Below are positions 13,101-27,759 of a DNA stretch of 64,000 bases, piece by piece (the first letter of the stretch is position 1; every line of letters starts with the position of its first letter). Origin of the DNA: Amoebidium appalachense (Eukaryota > Protista > Ichthyosporea); assembly GCA_963693365.1 (NCBI GenBank), contig CAVNZM010000011.1, forward strand, positions 7,551,437-7,615,436. Reading direction: 5' to 3'. The notes below the pieces were generated by a model, which saw only the letters and a program-made list of their open reading frames with translations, was not told the DNA's origin and searched no databases. The translations under genes were made by a program, and so were the position numbers.

Positions 13101-14288
13101 GTGGATGATGGGTGAGACTAGCTCCCCTTCAAGTGCTTCCAGGGCTGTGTTCTGGTGGATCATGTCTGTGGCCTCTGGACCCGGACTTTGCGCCGTGCCG
13201 AGTGTTTGTGTGGTGTCAGGCGCTACCCCCTTTGCCGGCGCCGGGTGTCCGGGCGGGGGGGATGGGGTGGGCATTATGCCTGCCCGTCCCCACGTGGTGG
13301 GGGACGGGCACCTTGGTCAGTTCCCCGTGTCGAGTTAACCGAGGACCTGTGTGGTGTGGATGGGCGTGTGGGCTGTGTGGGTTGGCGTTGTGAGGGGGCC
13401 CCTGGGTAACCCCGCCTTGGCTGGGGGGGGCGCCGCTGTTGGGGTGTTGTGCCTCTGTGGGCCTCAATGGCTCGGTGGCTTGGGGGTCTCGGGTCTCTGG
13501 GGTGGAGTGCTCTCCCTCCCTCCCCCCTCCCCCCCCCCCCTAGCCCCATTCAAGCGGGCTTTCAGTGTGCGGGCAAGGCGTGTCGTATCCTATTGTGTAT
13601 GTACTAGAGACACGGCACTCTACTAAGAGTGTACACACACGAAAAGGAACGAACGTGTACGGAAAAACGGTAAAGTTTATTCAGACCAGGCTCCGACGGG
13701 CAAACTTAGATCCGTACGGAATGAGACTAAGTTACAACTGAGGCCATCAAGGCCGTGCCCTCAAAGATCATCATCACCTGGCCCCCCTAAGATGCCACAT
13801 TCCAAACGTTCCGATCTACTTTATCGTGCGCCTGCACGAGCTAAGTCGATCTACTCAAACCAATATATTTATCCATGTCTCACCCCTCACCCTCCCCCTA
13901 GTGGCACCGCAGAGTCTAAATCTACATTTCATACTATCCTCCCCCCCCCTCCCTCCCCCCTTTCCTCTACATCGAAATATATAAATACGTTTGGCAACAT
14001 ACACTATCAAACCTTGCCAATACTTACAAAAGGGCTTCTGCCCGAACAATCACATTCCTAAGTCCTCCGACGATCTATCCTACACACTAATTAGAATTCT
14101 ATTGGTCGGCCGCCCCGGCTGACGTGGTCCTGCCCTGCGCCGGCAGAGGCAAGATGCACGCAGCTGTACAGCTATCTTGAGGCCCCGGACTTGATCTTGA
14201 TGATCTGTGGACCCGGGCCACCCCCCCCCCCCCCCCCCCCCCCCCCCCCGATCTCGATCGTAGACTTAGGCTGATCTGCTGAGACGGA

Positions 14289-14666
14289 TTAGTATATGTC
14301 AAGGCGGTCCCCTAGCCGTTCGAGCATGCTTGCTAGCAGGGGGCACAGTGTGGAACGGGTGGGGGCGTTAGTTTTACCTGGTATGGCGCCGGCGTAGTCC
14401 GTCCTGCGTGAGGTAGACCTCTCCATCTCCTCTGTTTCCTCCTTTCCTCTTTTTCCCGACAACCGCTCGTTTCCATCAGAGCCCGGGGGATGATGGGGGT
14501 TCGCTCCCACCCCCATGCTTTCCCCCATCGGTTGTGTGGTTTCTACCGACTCGGTTGCCCTATTCGTGTGATTGGGTGTGGGTGAGTTTGAGGTGGATAG
14601 TGCAGAGAGGGGCATGTCCCCGTCTAGCTCCATGTGGTTTTCCCGGTTGGGGGTGGGTGCAGCCAT
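14289..14666 (-). pseudogene. Probable N-terminal remnant of LINE ORF1
   Basis: ATG-initiated low-complexity ORF upstream of APE on the same strand. It is cut off by an AT-richer insert. Confidence 0.4.
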
Positions 14667-15478
14667 GTTTTGTGTAGCGTTTATTTGCTACTAGTAGATG
14701 GTTGTTAACTTTGTGTGTGCGAAATGGGTGAGTGCGGGATGCTGGGATCTGTGGATAAGGCTATTCTGTGCGCGTTCTACTCTGCTACTGTGTGTGTGAA
14801 TTCTGTGCCGTTAATGTTTTTCCCCCCAGACACAGATCACTACCACTGAAAGAGGAAACGTTGGTTTTGTGTCAAGTGCAGAGATAAAGGGGGGGCTCCT
14901 TTCCGGCGCGTAACTCCCGTGCCCACCGGCCTACGGGGATGGCTTTTAGTGTCCCCTGTAGCTGACGTGTACCTCTATCCGCTGGAGTTTTTCTGGGTCC
15001 GGCTGTTAGGCGTGCTAAGAGTTCTCCGTTGGACTAGAGGAGCTAGAAAACACGTTTTCACGTGTTTCCGACCAGTTTTCGTGGCGACCTGTGCTAATTA
15101 AATTTTAACCAGACAAAAATGCGCGGAATGTCCACTCTGAATGGCCATCGCTATGGGTTCTGGTGCGGTCTATTGTGCCTATTGGTTGACTTAGTGCGGA
15201 ATTTGCAGAATCATGCAGCCTAATCACCGATTACATGTGGTTTTGATGTGATCGGGAGCCGGACATGGTGCGACTGAACGAGGTGAAGTTCAATAAGAGG
15301 GATAGGAAGGAGGTGATGGAGGTAGATAACAAAAAGAAGGAGAGTGGAAAGAAAGGGGAAAAAGCAGAGAAAGAGGGTGAACAGCCAGATACACTCACAG
15401 TGTTGGTCAAGCAGGTTGCCGAGCTCTCCCAGCCGGTGGACACGGCGGTCGTGGGCGCGGTGGATGTGGAGGACAGCA

Positions 15479-16193
15479 GCCGGAAATGTAAACATCGAAC
15501 GTTTCGTTCCGTACATTTGTGCCACACGGTGGGTGGCATATTCCATCCTCAAATTTTCTGATTTGTGCTCTTGAGGTCGAACGCCAACGTGGCAGCAGCT
15601 GCAAAAGCCCATAAACAGAGAGGAGATCAACAAGTTCATGGCCAGCACAAAGTCTATGGCTCCTAATTTGCACTGGAACAGTGATAGTGTATGTGCAAGA
15701 AGGAGGTGCCTCAGGTGCACCGGGCACACAACCATGTGCTCGCATGCATTGAGCTCGGCCATGGCGAAAAAAAATTGCTGCAGTTGTACGGGCCCTTTTC
15801 TAAAAAGAAGCGGCGGGTTAATGAGCTCAAACTGTTCAACGGAAAGGCGAAAATAATTGTTGGATAACGAATCGTGGTGCAAAATAGAAGATAAGAGCAA
15901 ATGGGTAATGACATTTCTCGAATCAAGCTACGTTTAAAGCTTATCTGATAAAAGAATAACATATATGGTTTTAATGAGCTGTCATTAGCGAATGGCCCAT
16001 CGATCTGAGACATCTTGTTTTGGCGGCCGTGGGATGATTCGAACCCAGCAGCACAAAAACAGGAGCCCAGCCATGCCCCTCACTTCCGGAACTCTCCAAA
16101 AAAACAAAACAAAAAAACAAAACAAAAAAAACACAAAAAAAAAACACACACTTTCTCAGCTAGCGGTACCCACTATGCCATGGTGCTGACAAA

Positions 16194-16234
<41 letters not shown>

Positions 16235-16337
16235 ACCAGTCCCCTTCTCGACAGTTGGTCGCATGCTCGATGGTTGCACAAGCACACACTCGCACACACA
16301 CACCGGTCGGCGCACACGCACGCACACAAGCACAAAC

Positions 16338-16397
<60 letters not shown>

Positions 16398-16423
16398 GCA
16401 CGCACGCAAACTCGCAGGCGAAC

Positions 16424-16459
<36 letters not shown>

Positions 16460-17102
16460 GCACTCAAGCACACGCGCACACATGCATGCACGAATACACA
16501 CAAACACACATAGGTGCACACACACACGCGGGCGGGCGCGCACGCACACGTGCGCACACACGCACACAACACACATGCACGCACACACACCCACACACGT
16601 ACACGCACAGACACACACACACACTCATGAACACACACACACACACACACATACACACACAGGCCCTGGAGGCCACCGTCACGGCTGCCCGTCAAGTGCA
16701 TGAGTTTGTCCCGTGGCATCAAAAGGTACATGTGACAGTCTAGCTAGCTATCTGTTTCGGTTTTATCTAGCTTGTTCTCTTTTCTCGTGGGACGTACCGG
16801 TGGACAGTGAGCAGAGATGACAAAAATACCTGTGATGATTCCTATTACATATGCACACGGTTGCCAGTGCATTTTCTTTCTTTCTGCTTCGTACTTGGGT
16901 GGGAGAGTGAGGTTACCGGTTGAGAGTATTCGGGTTTTGGATTTTGGGGTTTGGGTTGCGGGGGGTAGGCGCGGGGGGAGGGGGGGGAGGGGGGAGGGTC
17001 TCGAGTCACGAGTATGTTCTGTGGCCACTAATATTATAGTATGTATGAACCAGAAATTTCGGCTGCAGTAGAAACAGCACTTTACATAACACTCCTTCCT
17101 TC

Positions 17103-17138
<36 letters not shown>

Positions 17139-17185
17139 CTCCCTCCCCTCCCTCCCCCCCCCCCCCCCCCCCCCTCTCTCTCTCC

Positions 17186-17247
<62 letters not shown>

Positions 17248-17258
17248 TTTTTTTTTTT

Positions 17259-17289
<31 letters not shown>

Positions 17290-18564
17290 AGGGGGCTGTG
17301 TTACATTATTAGCCAAGGCACACCTTTACCGGCTTATACATTCTAGAAGAAATAAAAAGGCCTACGTACTGATAATATGTACAACCACAGACGTTACGAG
17401 TACATACACAATCTTGGTGTTCTTTCGGCCTCTGCACAGCTAACCATGTTAAATCCCGAACGTTTCTAGATTCGGTGGTCAGTGTTTTGTGGCACCGTCA
17501 ATGTCCCTAAGTCCCATATAATTGAGATAATGGTTGTATATAGTTGCTGGATAAATTTTGACATCAGCCTAGAACCATCGCTACCCGCCCCCCCCCCCCC
17601 CCCCCCCCCCTCCTCCCTCCCCCTCCAAAAAAAAAAAGGAAAAAAAGAAAAGAAAATAAAAGAAAAGGGAAAAAATGAAAAATGAAAAAGAAAAAACAAG
17701 AAAGAAGAAAGAAGCAGAAGGAGGGGAGGATGCAAGGCAGGAAACACAATCACTACTCACTCACCAAACTACAAGTTATAAGCCCTCTGCATATATGCTT
17801 CGTGTGTACACTGCACAAAAAAAGCCTCCAACAACATTTTCTTTGATGACAAACATCAACAAAAGCAACATTAAGGATTATCTTTATAGTAATTACTGAA
17901 CAATAATAATAGTTGCATGAGTCTGAGAGAGAGATCATGAAGGGGTCTACCGTCATCATGATCAGAAACCTACAGACATCCTACAGACATCACAAGCAAA
18001 CACAGGTCTACAAGATTTGCAGAGCTCTGCGATTAAAAGAAAACACAAACCTTAACAGGTATAATCTTACCATCATGTGATATTTAACATGACATTGTAC
18101 GCCTACTATAACTTAATTTTTTAAATTTAAAAGGTGTTCACCTATTGGCAACGTGTGCTGGGCACAGGGGATTGCCAGCCGCCTTAGCCTCGTGCATTGC
18201 CCTGACCTGCTTCTCGTTCAGGTTGCCCATCGTAAACAGTGTCTCCTGTGGATATACCCGTGGATATATTAGCGTGAAAGTCATGTCTTGTCGAAATGGA
18301 GGTGGATATGCTAGCCCACAAGTCATTCCTTGTTATTATGCAGATAGATATGCAGGTGGACACATTAGCCCACAAGTCATTTCTTGTCATCACACAGATA
18401 GATTCGCAAGTTGATATGTTAGCCCGGAAGTCGTTCCTTGACAAAATGCAGATAGATATTCCAGGAGAGGTACGGATATGTTAGCCTGTAAGTAGCACGT
18501 TTTTTAATGCAGATACGTAAGTGGATGTGGAGAGGAGGCAGGGGGAAGGAGGTGGGGGCGGGGG

Positions 18565-18603
<39 letters not shown>

Positions 18604-18950
18604 GAGGCAAGGGGTTGGGTGGGGGTGGGGGTGGGGATGGAAAGAGGAGAGACAAAAGCAAAGGAGAAAAGGGGGAGTGTGTGTGTGTGTGAGCGAGAAA
18701 GAGACCCAGAAAAGCGGGAGTGCCAGAGGGAGAGAGAGATAGAAGAAAGGAGGGGCGAGCGCAGAGGGAGGGGGGGGGGGGGGGAAGAGGGGGGTGTTGG
18801 GGTGTGGGGGGGGGGGGGGGAATGGGGCGAGAGATACAAGAGGGGGGAGGGGTGGGGTGTGGCTGGGGGGGGGGGGGGGGGGGGGGGAGGGATGGATAGA
18901 TGCAGGGAGGGTGAAAGAAAGAGAGAGGGGGGGGGGGGGGGGGGGGGGGG

Positions 18951-18986
<36 letters not shown>

Positions 18987-19053
18987 AACGGTACACTTGG
19001 TGCAGAGGAGAAACACGTGAACAACAGCATCAGGCCAGCAAGGGAAGGGAAAG

Positions 19054-19084
<31 letters not shown>

Positions 19085-19430
19085 AGAGAGGGGAGAGGGG
19101 GGGGGGGGGGGGGGGTAAGTCAAGTATTACTACCCTGCATGGGTGGCCGCAGTTTGTACAGACCACACCGTTTGCATGCTGGGGCTGGACCTGGATGCCA
19201 TGCAGCCACATGGCCGTGGATACGTCCTCGAGGTGCCCAATGGGCTGGGGGGGGGGGGGGGGGGGGGGGGGGGGGTGTTAGGATGCTAAAGGGGTTAGAA
19301 TGCAAGCGAGTGCTTTGGGGGGGGGGGGGGGGGGGGGGGGGGTTAGGATGCTAAAGGGGTTAGAATGCAAACGAGTGCTTGGGGGGGGGAGGGTTTAGGA
19401 TGCTAAGGGGGTTAGAATGCAAACGAGCGC

Positions 19431-19516
<86 letters not shown>

Positions 19517-19668
19517 TAACAATGCATAAGAAGAGAGAATGCAAAGGGGAAGGGGGGGGGGGGGGGGGGGTAGAATGCAACATAACGCAGGCGCGATTCT
19601 ACAAATGAAAAGAAGCAGTGTGGAATAAGGGAGGGTGGGGTGGTGGTGGTGGTGGTGGTGGTGGTGGT

Positions 19669-19705
<37 letters not shown>

Positions 19706-19965
19706 GCTGAGATGGGTTTTCGGAATGCATTACAGGGTCTGGAGTGCACATTCACGAGGGACATATACAACAAGGATGCTGAAAAAAAGAGCACAGACAA
19801 CCGTGTGCATCATAAGCAGAGCTCATCCTCAGGGTGTTCATCGTTATCACTATCGCTAATCACATATCATCAGTATAAAACATCTACTATGATGTTAAAC
19901 ACAATGCCATTGCTTTTCTCGGTTGTGGGCAGGGGGAGAGAGGAAGGGGGTAGGGGAGAAAGGGC
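15479..19965 (+). repeat. Segmental duplication, copy 1 (direct repeat of 31181-35490)
   Basis: Colinear near-identity from GCCGGAAATGTAAA to GGGTAGGGGAGAAAGGG. Differences are mostly microsatellite length and scattered substitutions. Confidence 0.92.
18138..19244 (-). pseudogene. Duplicated last two exons of the GT31 gene (19134-19244, 18138-18245)
   Basis: Near-identical peptides to copy 2 (PIGHLEDVSTAMWL...; ETLFTMG...). No upstream GT31 exons are seen. The donor is GTAGTA instead of GTAAGT. Confidence 0.7.
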
Positions 19966-20984
19966 GGGGGGGGCGGGGGGGGGGGGGGGGGGGGGGGGGG
20001 GGGAGGGAGTGATATTTTGTGTGGGTAAACGGAGAAGCAGAGAGCACAGATGGGTGTTATGATATACACAACACAGAGACACACGGGAAAAACACAACCG
20101 GAGAGGTGGAACGATTTCTGGAACCATAGGAAATGAATACGACTGCTTGAGATTTATTCCAAGATGAAGTCCCTTTTATACTTGGGAATGTGAAAACGAT
20201 AAACCAATCAAAAGAAGGAAAACTCTATTTTCCAATCAGAAAGACGAAAACTATGAGTGTAAAATATATTGATTAAAATGTCTGTCGACACATAGAATAT
20301 AAAACTCAATCCCCTGATGAAAGAAACTTCTAATAAAAGCACGGAAACATTTAACAAAATGAAACCACTTATGTAACTATTAATTCATAACATACATTTA
20401 TACATGTTCTTATCATAACACGTCTAAATATAATTATTCCTAATAGTTGGAGAACATAGCACAATGCTACGTCGTGAGAAAGGAATGAGAAAGGAATGTA
20501 AGTTACTATATTTGGGAAAATACGAACGAGATATGATTGGATGACATATATAGATTTTGACGCAAACGACAATACGTGTGCGCGAGCTAAGTATGTCGAT
20601 ACGTACACAGATCTAAGATGTCGTGTACACGGAAACAGAAAGGAAAGAAAGAAATGAAGAAAGGAAAAGGAAACAAACTACAACAACTAATAAACAAATA
20701 CAAAATATGATAGCTATAGTGCTAACAGCAAAAGTAGTGCCCACAGTCGCTGGTTCATGAACGTGAAAGGCAACGTGCATCTGCAGCCAGCAGACACACG
20801 CACACGCACGCACACACACACACATACACACACACACACAGACACAGACACAGACATAATCACAGGACGGACACAGACCAGACAGACAAACGCCATATGC
20901 ACAAAAGCAGGCAACACAAAACTAACCTTCAAAGGGCAGCATGGTCCAAAACAATCAGCACGGTGGCTGCGCGATCTGCGGAGG

Positions 20985-21095
20985 GGATCTGTGACCAGGC
21001 GACCTGCGGGAAGGGAACTGCGACCAGGCGACCTGCGGGAAGGGACCTGCGACCAGGCGACCTGCGGGAAAGGACCTGCGGACCTGCGGGAAGGG
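20985..21095. repeat. 29-bp minisatellite, ~3.5 copies
   Basis: GACCTGCGGGAAGGGA[A/C]CTGCGACCAGGC repeated in tandem. Confidence 0.8.
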
Positions 21096-21432
21096 GGAAG
21101 AGAAATGGAGCAAACAACGTGCGTACAGGCTTAAATGGAGAAAAAATTGCAAACCGGATTGGGATTTAGCCAATCACTATTCGCCGCGCCTGATTAGGAA
21201 AAAGATAAAAATAGATTTCGGCTCGCGCGCGCGCGTGCATCAGCTTGGTGCCCTTAGCGCTACCCTTAGTGCCCTTAGTCACAACTATCAGACTATAGTT
21301 ACGTGTCCTCCACTTCTTTGTTCTTGACCATTTTTTCGGCATGAAAGGGTTTCTGTTACTTCTTGCTGTCCTTCTTAGCGTGCTTGCTTGTCTTTTTTTC
21401 AACATGGGTGTCACTGGCGCTTTCGACTTCTT

Positions 21433-21481
<49 letters not shown>

Positions 21482-21511
21482 GCTCGCACGCACACACACT
21501 CACACATGCAC

Positions 21512-21543
<32 letters not shown>

Positions 21544-22173
21544 GGCGCGCACACACAGGCACGCACACACACACAGGCGCACACCTACACAACACACACA
21601 GCACAGGCACACACAAGCGCACACACGCACACACCCTGTTATCCCTGATCATGATGCCCCCTCCCCCCTCCCTCTTCCCCCCCGCGCACCCCCCCCCCCC
21701 CCCCCCCCCCCCCCACCCACCCCACCCACCCACCTACAAAGACGAAAACATTGTACATGTATTGCATACACAAATATACTCGCACATATACATACACACA
21801 TTCACTTTTAATCTTTCAGGCTACATGTGCAATATACATTAATTATGCACAGTCGATAGAATTCGTTGTGAAAACCCCCCCCCCCCCCCCTCCCCCTCCC
21901 CCCCCCCCTCCTCGTTCCCCCCATATGCAATGGGGATAATATTGTTTCCCGCTATTAATAAAAAAAATCACCGTTCTAACTTCCTAAGACCGAACCACTT
22001 GTAACACCGACAGTTTCGGTTGTGTGGAACCCCCCCCCCCCCCCCAACCCCCCCCCCCAACCCACCCACCACCACCTTACCAATATTGAGGTGTACACTG
22101 CCCCCACATCCCCAACTGTGTGCTGAATATCCCGTGCTAGGAAACCAATAACGTGAAAGTAACACATGCCGCA

Positions 22174-24410
22174 TGTGGGTAGTTATTGAAAAAACCAATA
22201 ATGTCTAGGTAACATACTATGTACATATACTATGCTACAAAGGGGGTTCTATACGAGCTACAACGTTGTGTTTTTTTCGTGTGACCCTCGTACTCCAGGG
22301 GCACATTCACCATCCCCCCCATAAACTTTGTGGTAAAGTTCTCGTGCTAGAAGCTGTTCTGTGGGTAGTTATTGAAAAAACGAATAATGTCTAGGTAACA
22401 CATGTACATATGCTATGCTACAAGGGGGGTTCTATTCGAGCTACAATGTTGTGTTTTTTTTGTGTGACCCTCGTACTCCAGGGGCACATTCACCATCCCC
22501 CCCATAAACTTTGTGGCAAATCTCTCGTGCTAGAGGCTGTTCTGTGGGTAGTTATTGAAAAACCAATAATGTCTAGGTAACGTATGTACATATACTATGC
22601 TACAAGGGGGGTTCTATACGAGCTACAACGTTGTGTTTTTTTCGTGTGACCCTTGTACTCCAGGGGTACATTCACCATCCCCCCCATAAACTTTGTGGTA
22701 AATGTCTCGTGCTAGAAGCTGTTCTGTGGGTAGTTATTGAAAAAACCAATAATGTCTAGGTAACACATGGACATATACTATGCTACAAGGGGGTTCTATT
22801 CGAGCTACAATGTTGTGTTTTTTTCGTGTGACCCTCGTACTCCAGGGGCACATTCACCATCCCCCCCATAAACTTTGTGGCAAATCTCTCGTGCTAGAAG
22901 CTGTTTTGTGGGTAGTTATTGAAAAACAAATAATGTCTAGGTAACATACTATGTACATATACTATGCTACAAGGGGGGTTCTATACGAGCTACAACGTTG
23001 TGTTTTTTTCGTGTGACCCTCGTACTCCAGGGGCACATTCACCATCCCCCCCATAAACGTTGTGGTAAATCTCTCGTGCTAGAGGCTGTTCTGTGGGTAG
23101 TTATTGAAAAACCAATAATGTCTAGGTAACACATATACATATATTATGCTACAAGGGGGGTTCTATTCGAGCTACAACGTTGTGTTTTTTTCGTGTGACC
23201 CTCGTACTCCAGGGGCACATTCACCATCCCCCCCATAAACTGTGTGATAAATGTCTCGTGCTAGAAGCTGTTCTGTGGGTAGTTATCGAAAAAACCAATA
23301 ATGTCTAGGTAACACATGTACATATACTATGCTTCAAGGGGGGTTCTATTCGAGCTACAACGTTGTGTTTTTTTCGTGTGACCCTCGTACTCCAGGGGCA
23401 CATTCACCATCCCCCCAATAAACGTTTGGTTATATTTCTCGTGCTAGAGGCTGTTCTGTGGGTAGTTATTGAAAAACCCAAAAATGTCTAGGTAACACAT
23501 GGACATATACTATGCTACAAGGGGGGTTCTATACGAGCTACAACGTTGTGTTTTTTTCGTGTGACCCTCGTACTCCAAGGGCACATTCACCATCCCCCCC
23601 ATAAACTGTGTGGTAAATTTCTCGTGCTAGAAGCTGTTCTGTGGGTAGTTATCGAAAAAACCAATAATGTGTAAGTAACACATGTACATATATTATCAGC
23701 TACAAGGGGGGTTCTATTCGAGCTACAACGTTGTGTTTTTTTTGTGTGACCCTCGTACTCCAGGGGCACATTCACCATCCCCCCCATAAACTGTGTGGTA
23801 AATGTCTCGTGCTAGAAGCTGTTCTGTGGGTAGTTATTGAAAAAACCAATAATGTCTAGGTAACACATATACATATATTATGCTACAAGGGGGGTTCTAT
23901 TCGAGCTACAACGTTGTGTTTTTTTCGTGTGACCCTCGTACTCCAGGGGCACATTCACTATCCCCCCCATAAACTTTGTGGTAAATTTCTCGTGCGAGAG
24001 GCTGTTCTGTGGGTAGTTATTGAAAAAACCAATAATGTGTAAGTAACACATGTACATATATTATGCTACAAGGGGGGTTCTATTCGAGCTACAACGTTGT
24101 GTTTTTTTCGTGTGACCCTCGTACTCCAGGGGCACATTCACCATCCCCCCCATAAACTGTGTGGTAAATGTCTCGTGCTAGAAGCTGTTCTGTGGGTAGT
24201 TATTGAAAAAACCAATAATGTGTAAGTAACACATGTACATATACTATGCTACAAGGGGGGTTCTATTCGAGCTACAACGTTGTGTTTTTTTCGTGTGGCC
24301 CTCGTACTCCAAGGGCACATTCACCATCTCCCCTTATAATTTGTGGTGAATTTATCGTGCTAGAAGCTACTCTGTGGGTAGTTAGTGAAAAAACCCGATG
24401 CTTATAAGTA
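22174..24410. repeat. ~183-bp tandem satellite, ~12 copies
   Basis: TGTGGGTAGTTATTGAAAAAACC...GCTAGAAGCTGTTC recurs every ~182-186 bp. Non-coding. Confidence 0.95.
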
Positions 24411-24686
24411 ACGCATGCACAAATTGTCATCACAGCATTACACTACCATAGTAGTTGGTCGACAATAACGATATATTGGGAATGTGGACACCATATTGTA
24501 AACCAAAAAATAATAACACCATAATATACTACACATACCTAACAATGTATTGTGAATGAATAAAATACTTGCTTACGTGCTGGTAACATACGAGAAACAA
24601 GGATTCTCTCGCTCTTTTTTTCTTTCTTTTTTGTTTGTTTTTGTGTTTGTGTGTGTGTGTGTGCGTGTGTGTGTGTGTGTGTTTAA

Positions 24687-24720
<34 letters not shown>

Positions 24721-25049
24721 CGTTTTGCAGATATATCGACTAGAGTCCCTCATCAGGGGAACACATTCACAGTACTTTATTAAGATCGGCCTTCAAGGCC
24801 AAAAAAGCTCGATCTCGAGTAAGATTAGATAGCATTTTATGAGGCCGGCCAGGCCTTAAATACAAAAAGGAGAAAAAACAACACACAGCTAAACATAGAT
24901 CTAATATTAGCTAAATCAATCGACACACTGGTACATTGCCTGGAGTAAACAGCATCTATCCCACTGGTACATGTACTGTCATCATCCAACCAACACCCGT
25001 GTAGTACCTTTGTCAAGCGTTCCTACGATACTACATAAGAGAAGAGAGG

Positions 25050-25296
25050 GTTATATGTGTACGTGTGTACGTGTGTACGTGTGTGTGTATGTGTGTATGT
25101 GTGAGGGAGGGAGGGAGGGAGGGTTGGGAGGGAGGGAGGGAGGGAGGGGGGAGGGAGGGGGGAGGGAGGGAGAGAAAGAGAGAAAGAGAGAGAGTGTGCA
25201 TGTCTGTATGTGTGTGTGTGTGTGTGTGTGTGTTTGCGTGTGTGTGTGAGTGCATATGTGAGTGTGCATGTGCATGTGCATGTGCATGTGCATGTG

Positions 25297-25347
<51 letters not shown>

Positions 25348-25819
25348 AAGGAGGGAGGGAGGGAGGGAGGGAGGGAGGGAGGGAGGGAGGGAGGGAGGGA
25401 GGGATGGAGGGAGGGAGGGAGGGATGGTTGGGAGGGAGGGAGGGAGGGGGGAGGGAGGGAGGGAGGGAGGGAGAGAAAGAGAGAGAGACTGTGTGTGTGT
25501 GTGCATATCTGTATGTGTGTGTGTATGTGCGTGTTTGCGTGTGTGCGTGTGTGCATGTGTGAGTGTACATGTGCATGTGTGTGTGTCTGTGTGTGCATAT
25601 GTGCATGTGTGTGTGTGTGTGTGTGTATGCGTGTCTGTGTCTGATGTGTGGATGTCTGTGTATGTTGTGTGTGTGTGTATGTCTGTGTGTGTGTATGTGC
25701 TCAGTTGAAAGGGAAGGGGGGGAGAGGGGGGATGCACCGTGTGTGTGCATGTGTGCACGTGTGTGTGTGTGTGCTCTGTGGAGAGGGAAGGGGGAGGGGG
25801 GAAATGCACCGTGTGTGTG

Positions 25820-25873
<54 letters not shown>

Positions 25874-26012
25874 TTGTGTGTTTGTCTGTGTGTGCATGTC
25901 TGTGTGCGTCGTGTGTGGTGTGTGTGTGTATGTGCATGTCTGTGCATGTGTGCATGTGCTCGGTGGAGAGGGAAGGGCAAGGGGGGGATTCGTGTCCGTG
26001 CATGTGTGCGTG

Positions 26013-26065
<53 letters not shown>

Positions 26066-26296
26066 ATGTATGTGTGTGTGTATGTGCTCAGTTGAGAGGG
26101 AAGGGGGGGGGGGGGGGGGATGCACCGTGTGTGTGCATGTGTGCACGTGTGTGTGTGTGTGTGCTCTGTGGAGAGGGAAGGGGAGGGGAGGAAATGCACC
26201 GTGTGTGTGCATATGTGTGTGTGTCTCTCTGTATGTGTGTGTGTGTGTGTTGTGTGTTTGTGTGTGTGAGCATGTCTGTGTACGTCGTGTGTGTGT

Positions 26297-26375
<79 letters not shown>

Positions 26376-26516
26376 GGTGTGTGTGTGTGTCCCGGTGTGC
26401 ATGTGCGTGCGTGTGTGTGAGTGCATGTTTTTGGAGTGCATGTTTTTGCATTGTGTGCGAGCATGTGGATGCCTTGGTGAGAACAAGATTGGACGGTGTC
26501 GAATGCTGTGTGTGTT

Positions 26517-26550
<34 letters not shown>

Positions 26551-26570
26551 CTGTGTGCGTGTGTGTTTTT
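25050..26570. repeat. Compound microsatellite field of (GT)n, (GGGA)n and (GTGCAT)n with local duplications
   Basis: Direct reading of the sequence. Confidence 0.9.
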
Positions 26571-26726
26571 TTGGGGGGAGAGGGGTAGTAGGAGGACAAG
26601 AGGGGGGGGGGGGGGGGGGGTGGTAAAGAGTACGAGAGAAAGGGGTAGAATTTCAGACATGTGGAGGCTTGAGCAAAAGCAGGTTAAGTCCATAATGGGT
26701 AAAACCGGCGCTGGAACGAGAGGGAA

Positions 26727-26765
<39 letters not shown>

Positions 26766-27293
26766 GATGATGTGTGCATTCGAGGGTGGCAGCCAAAGAA
26801 GCAAAGCATCGCAAAGGACATTGGAATAGAGGGACACAGGACCAAAACAGGATCAATGGGAGAAGAGGGAAAAAAATTAATAGTTACCGGGGAGGGATAA
26901 GAAGAAATACTGCAAGTAATCGAGGCGAACAGGTATGGGGGGAACCGGGCAGGAAGAAGGGGGGGGGGGGGGGGGGGGGGGAGTGAAGGACGAGAGGGTG
27001 GGTCACAAGACAGAGATTATTCAGTACAGACTAAGGCTTCAGTCGGGAAGGGAGGGGGGGGGAGGGGGGGGGGGAGGGGAGAGGAGGGGTGGGGGGGGGT
27101 CATAAAAGGACAAGGAAAGGAGGTGATTTCAGCAACCAGTCGAGGCTTGAACAAGAGTAGGTGAAGTTTGTAACGGTTAGCAAAACTGGTGCTAGAACGA
27201 GAGAGGAAACACACAGTGAAACGTAAAAGAGGGTAGAGAGTTGAGAGGAAGAAGGGGAAGTTTGTGTGTGTGCGTGTATGCATGGGTGGGTGG

Positions 27294-27406
<113 letters not shown>

Positions 27407-27700
27407 TGTGAGTGTGTGTGTGAGTGGTTACACTGGCAGCGTCCGTGGTGATGGGTTTGGGGGGGAAGGGGGTGAGGGGAGTGAGGGATGTTTCGAAGAA
27501 AGAAAAGTATTGCAAGTAACAAGGGGGCATAAAGACATAGGACTAAAACAATATGGAGGGGGAGGAGGGGGGGGATGCTGTAAACTTTGATGCGTCTCGG
27601 GGACGTGTGTAGGGACTGCGAGTTCTCTTAGATTTGCATTTCAGAATTTTTACTCTATTCCTCCAGGTTTTTTTTATATTTTTTTTAGGGTTGGGTTGGG

Positions 27701-27759
<59 letters not shown>

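Larger units (their letters stand above)
2450..15100 (-). mobile_element. Decayed non-LTR retrotransposon (APE endonuclease, RT, RNase H, C-terminal CCHC), internally rearranged
   Basis: All ORF2 domains are recognisable. There are several frameshifts. The ends are approximate and no TSD was found. Confidence 0.9.

Noticed and set aside
15220-15900. Transposase in the Cys-rich ORFs at the duplication start
   Set aside because: No catalytic motif was recognised and the frames differ between the two copies.
16015-19800. Poly-Pro, poly-Gly and HART-repeat ORFs
   Set aside because: They come from homopolymer and (CACG)n tracts in introns or intergenic DNA.
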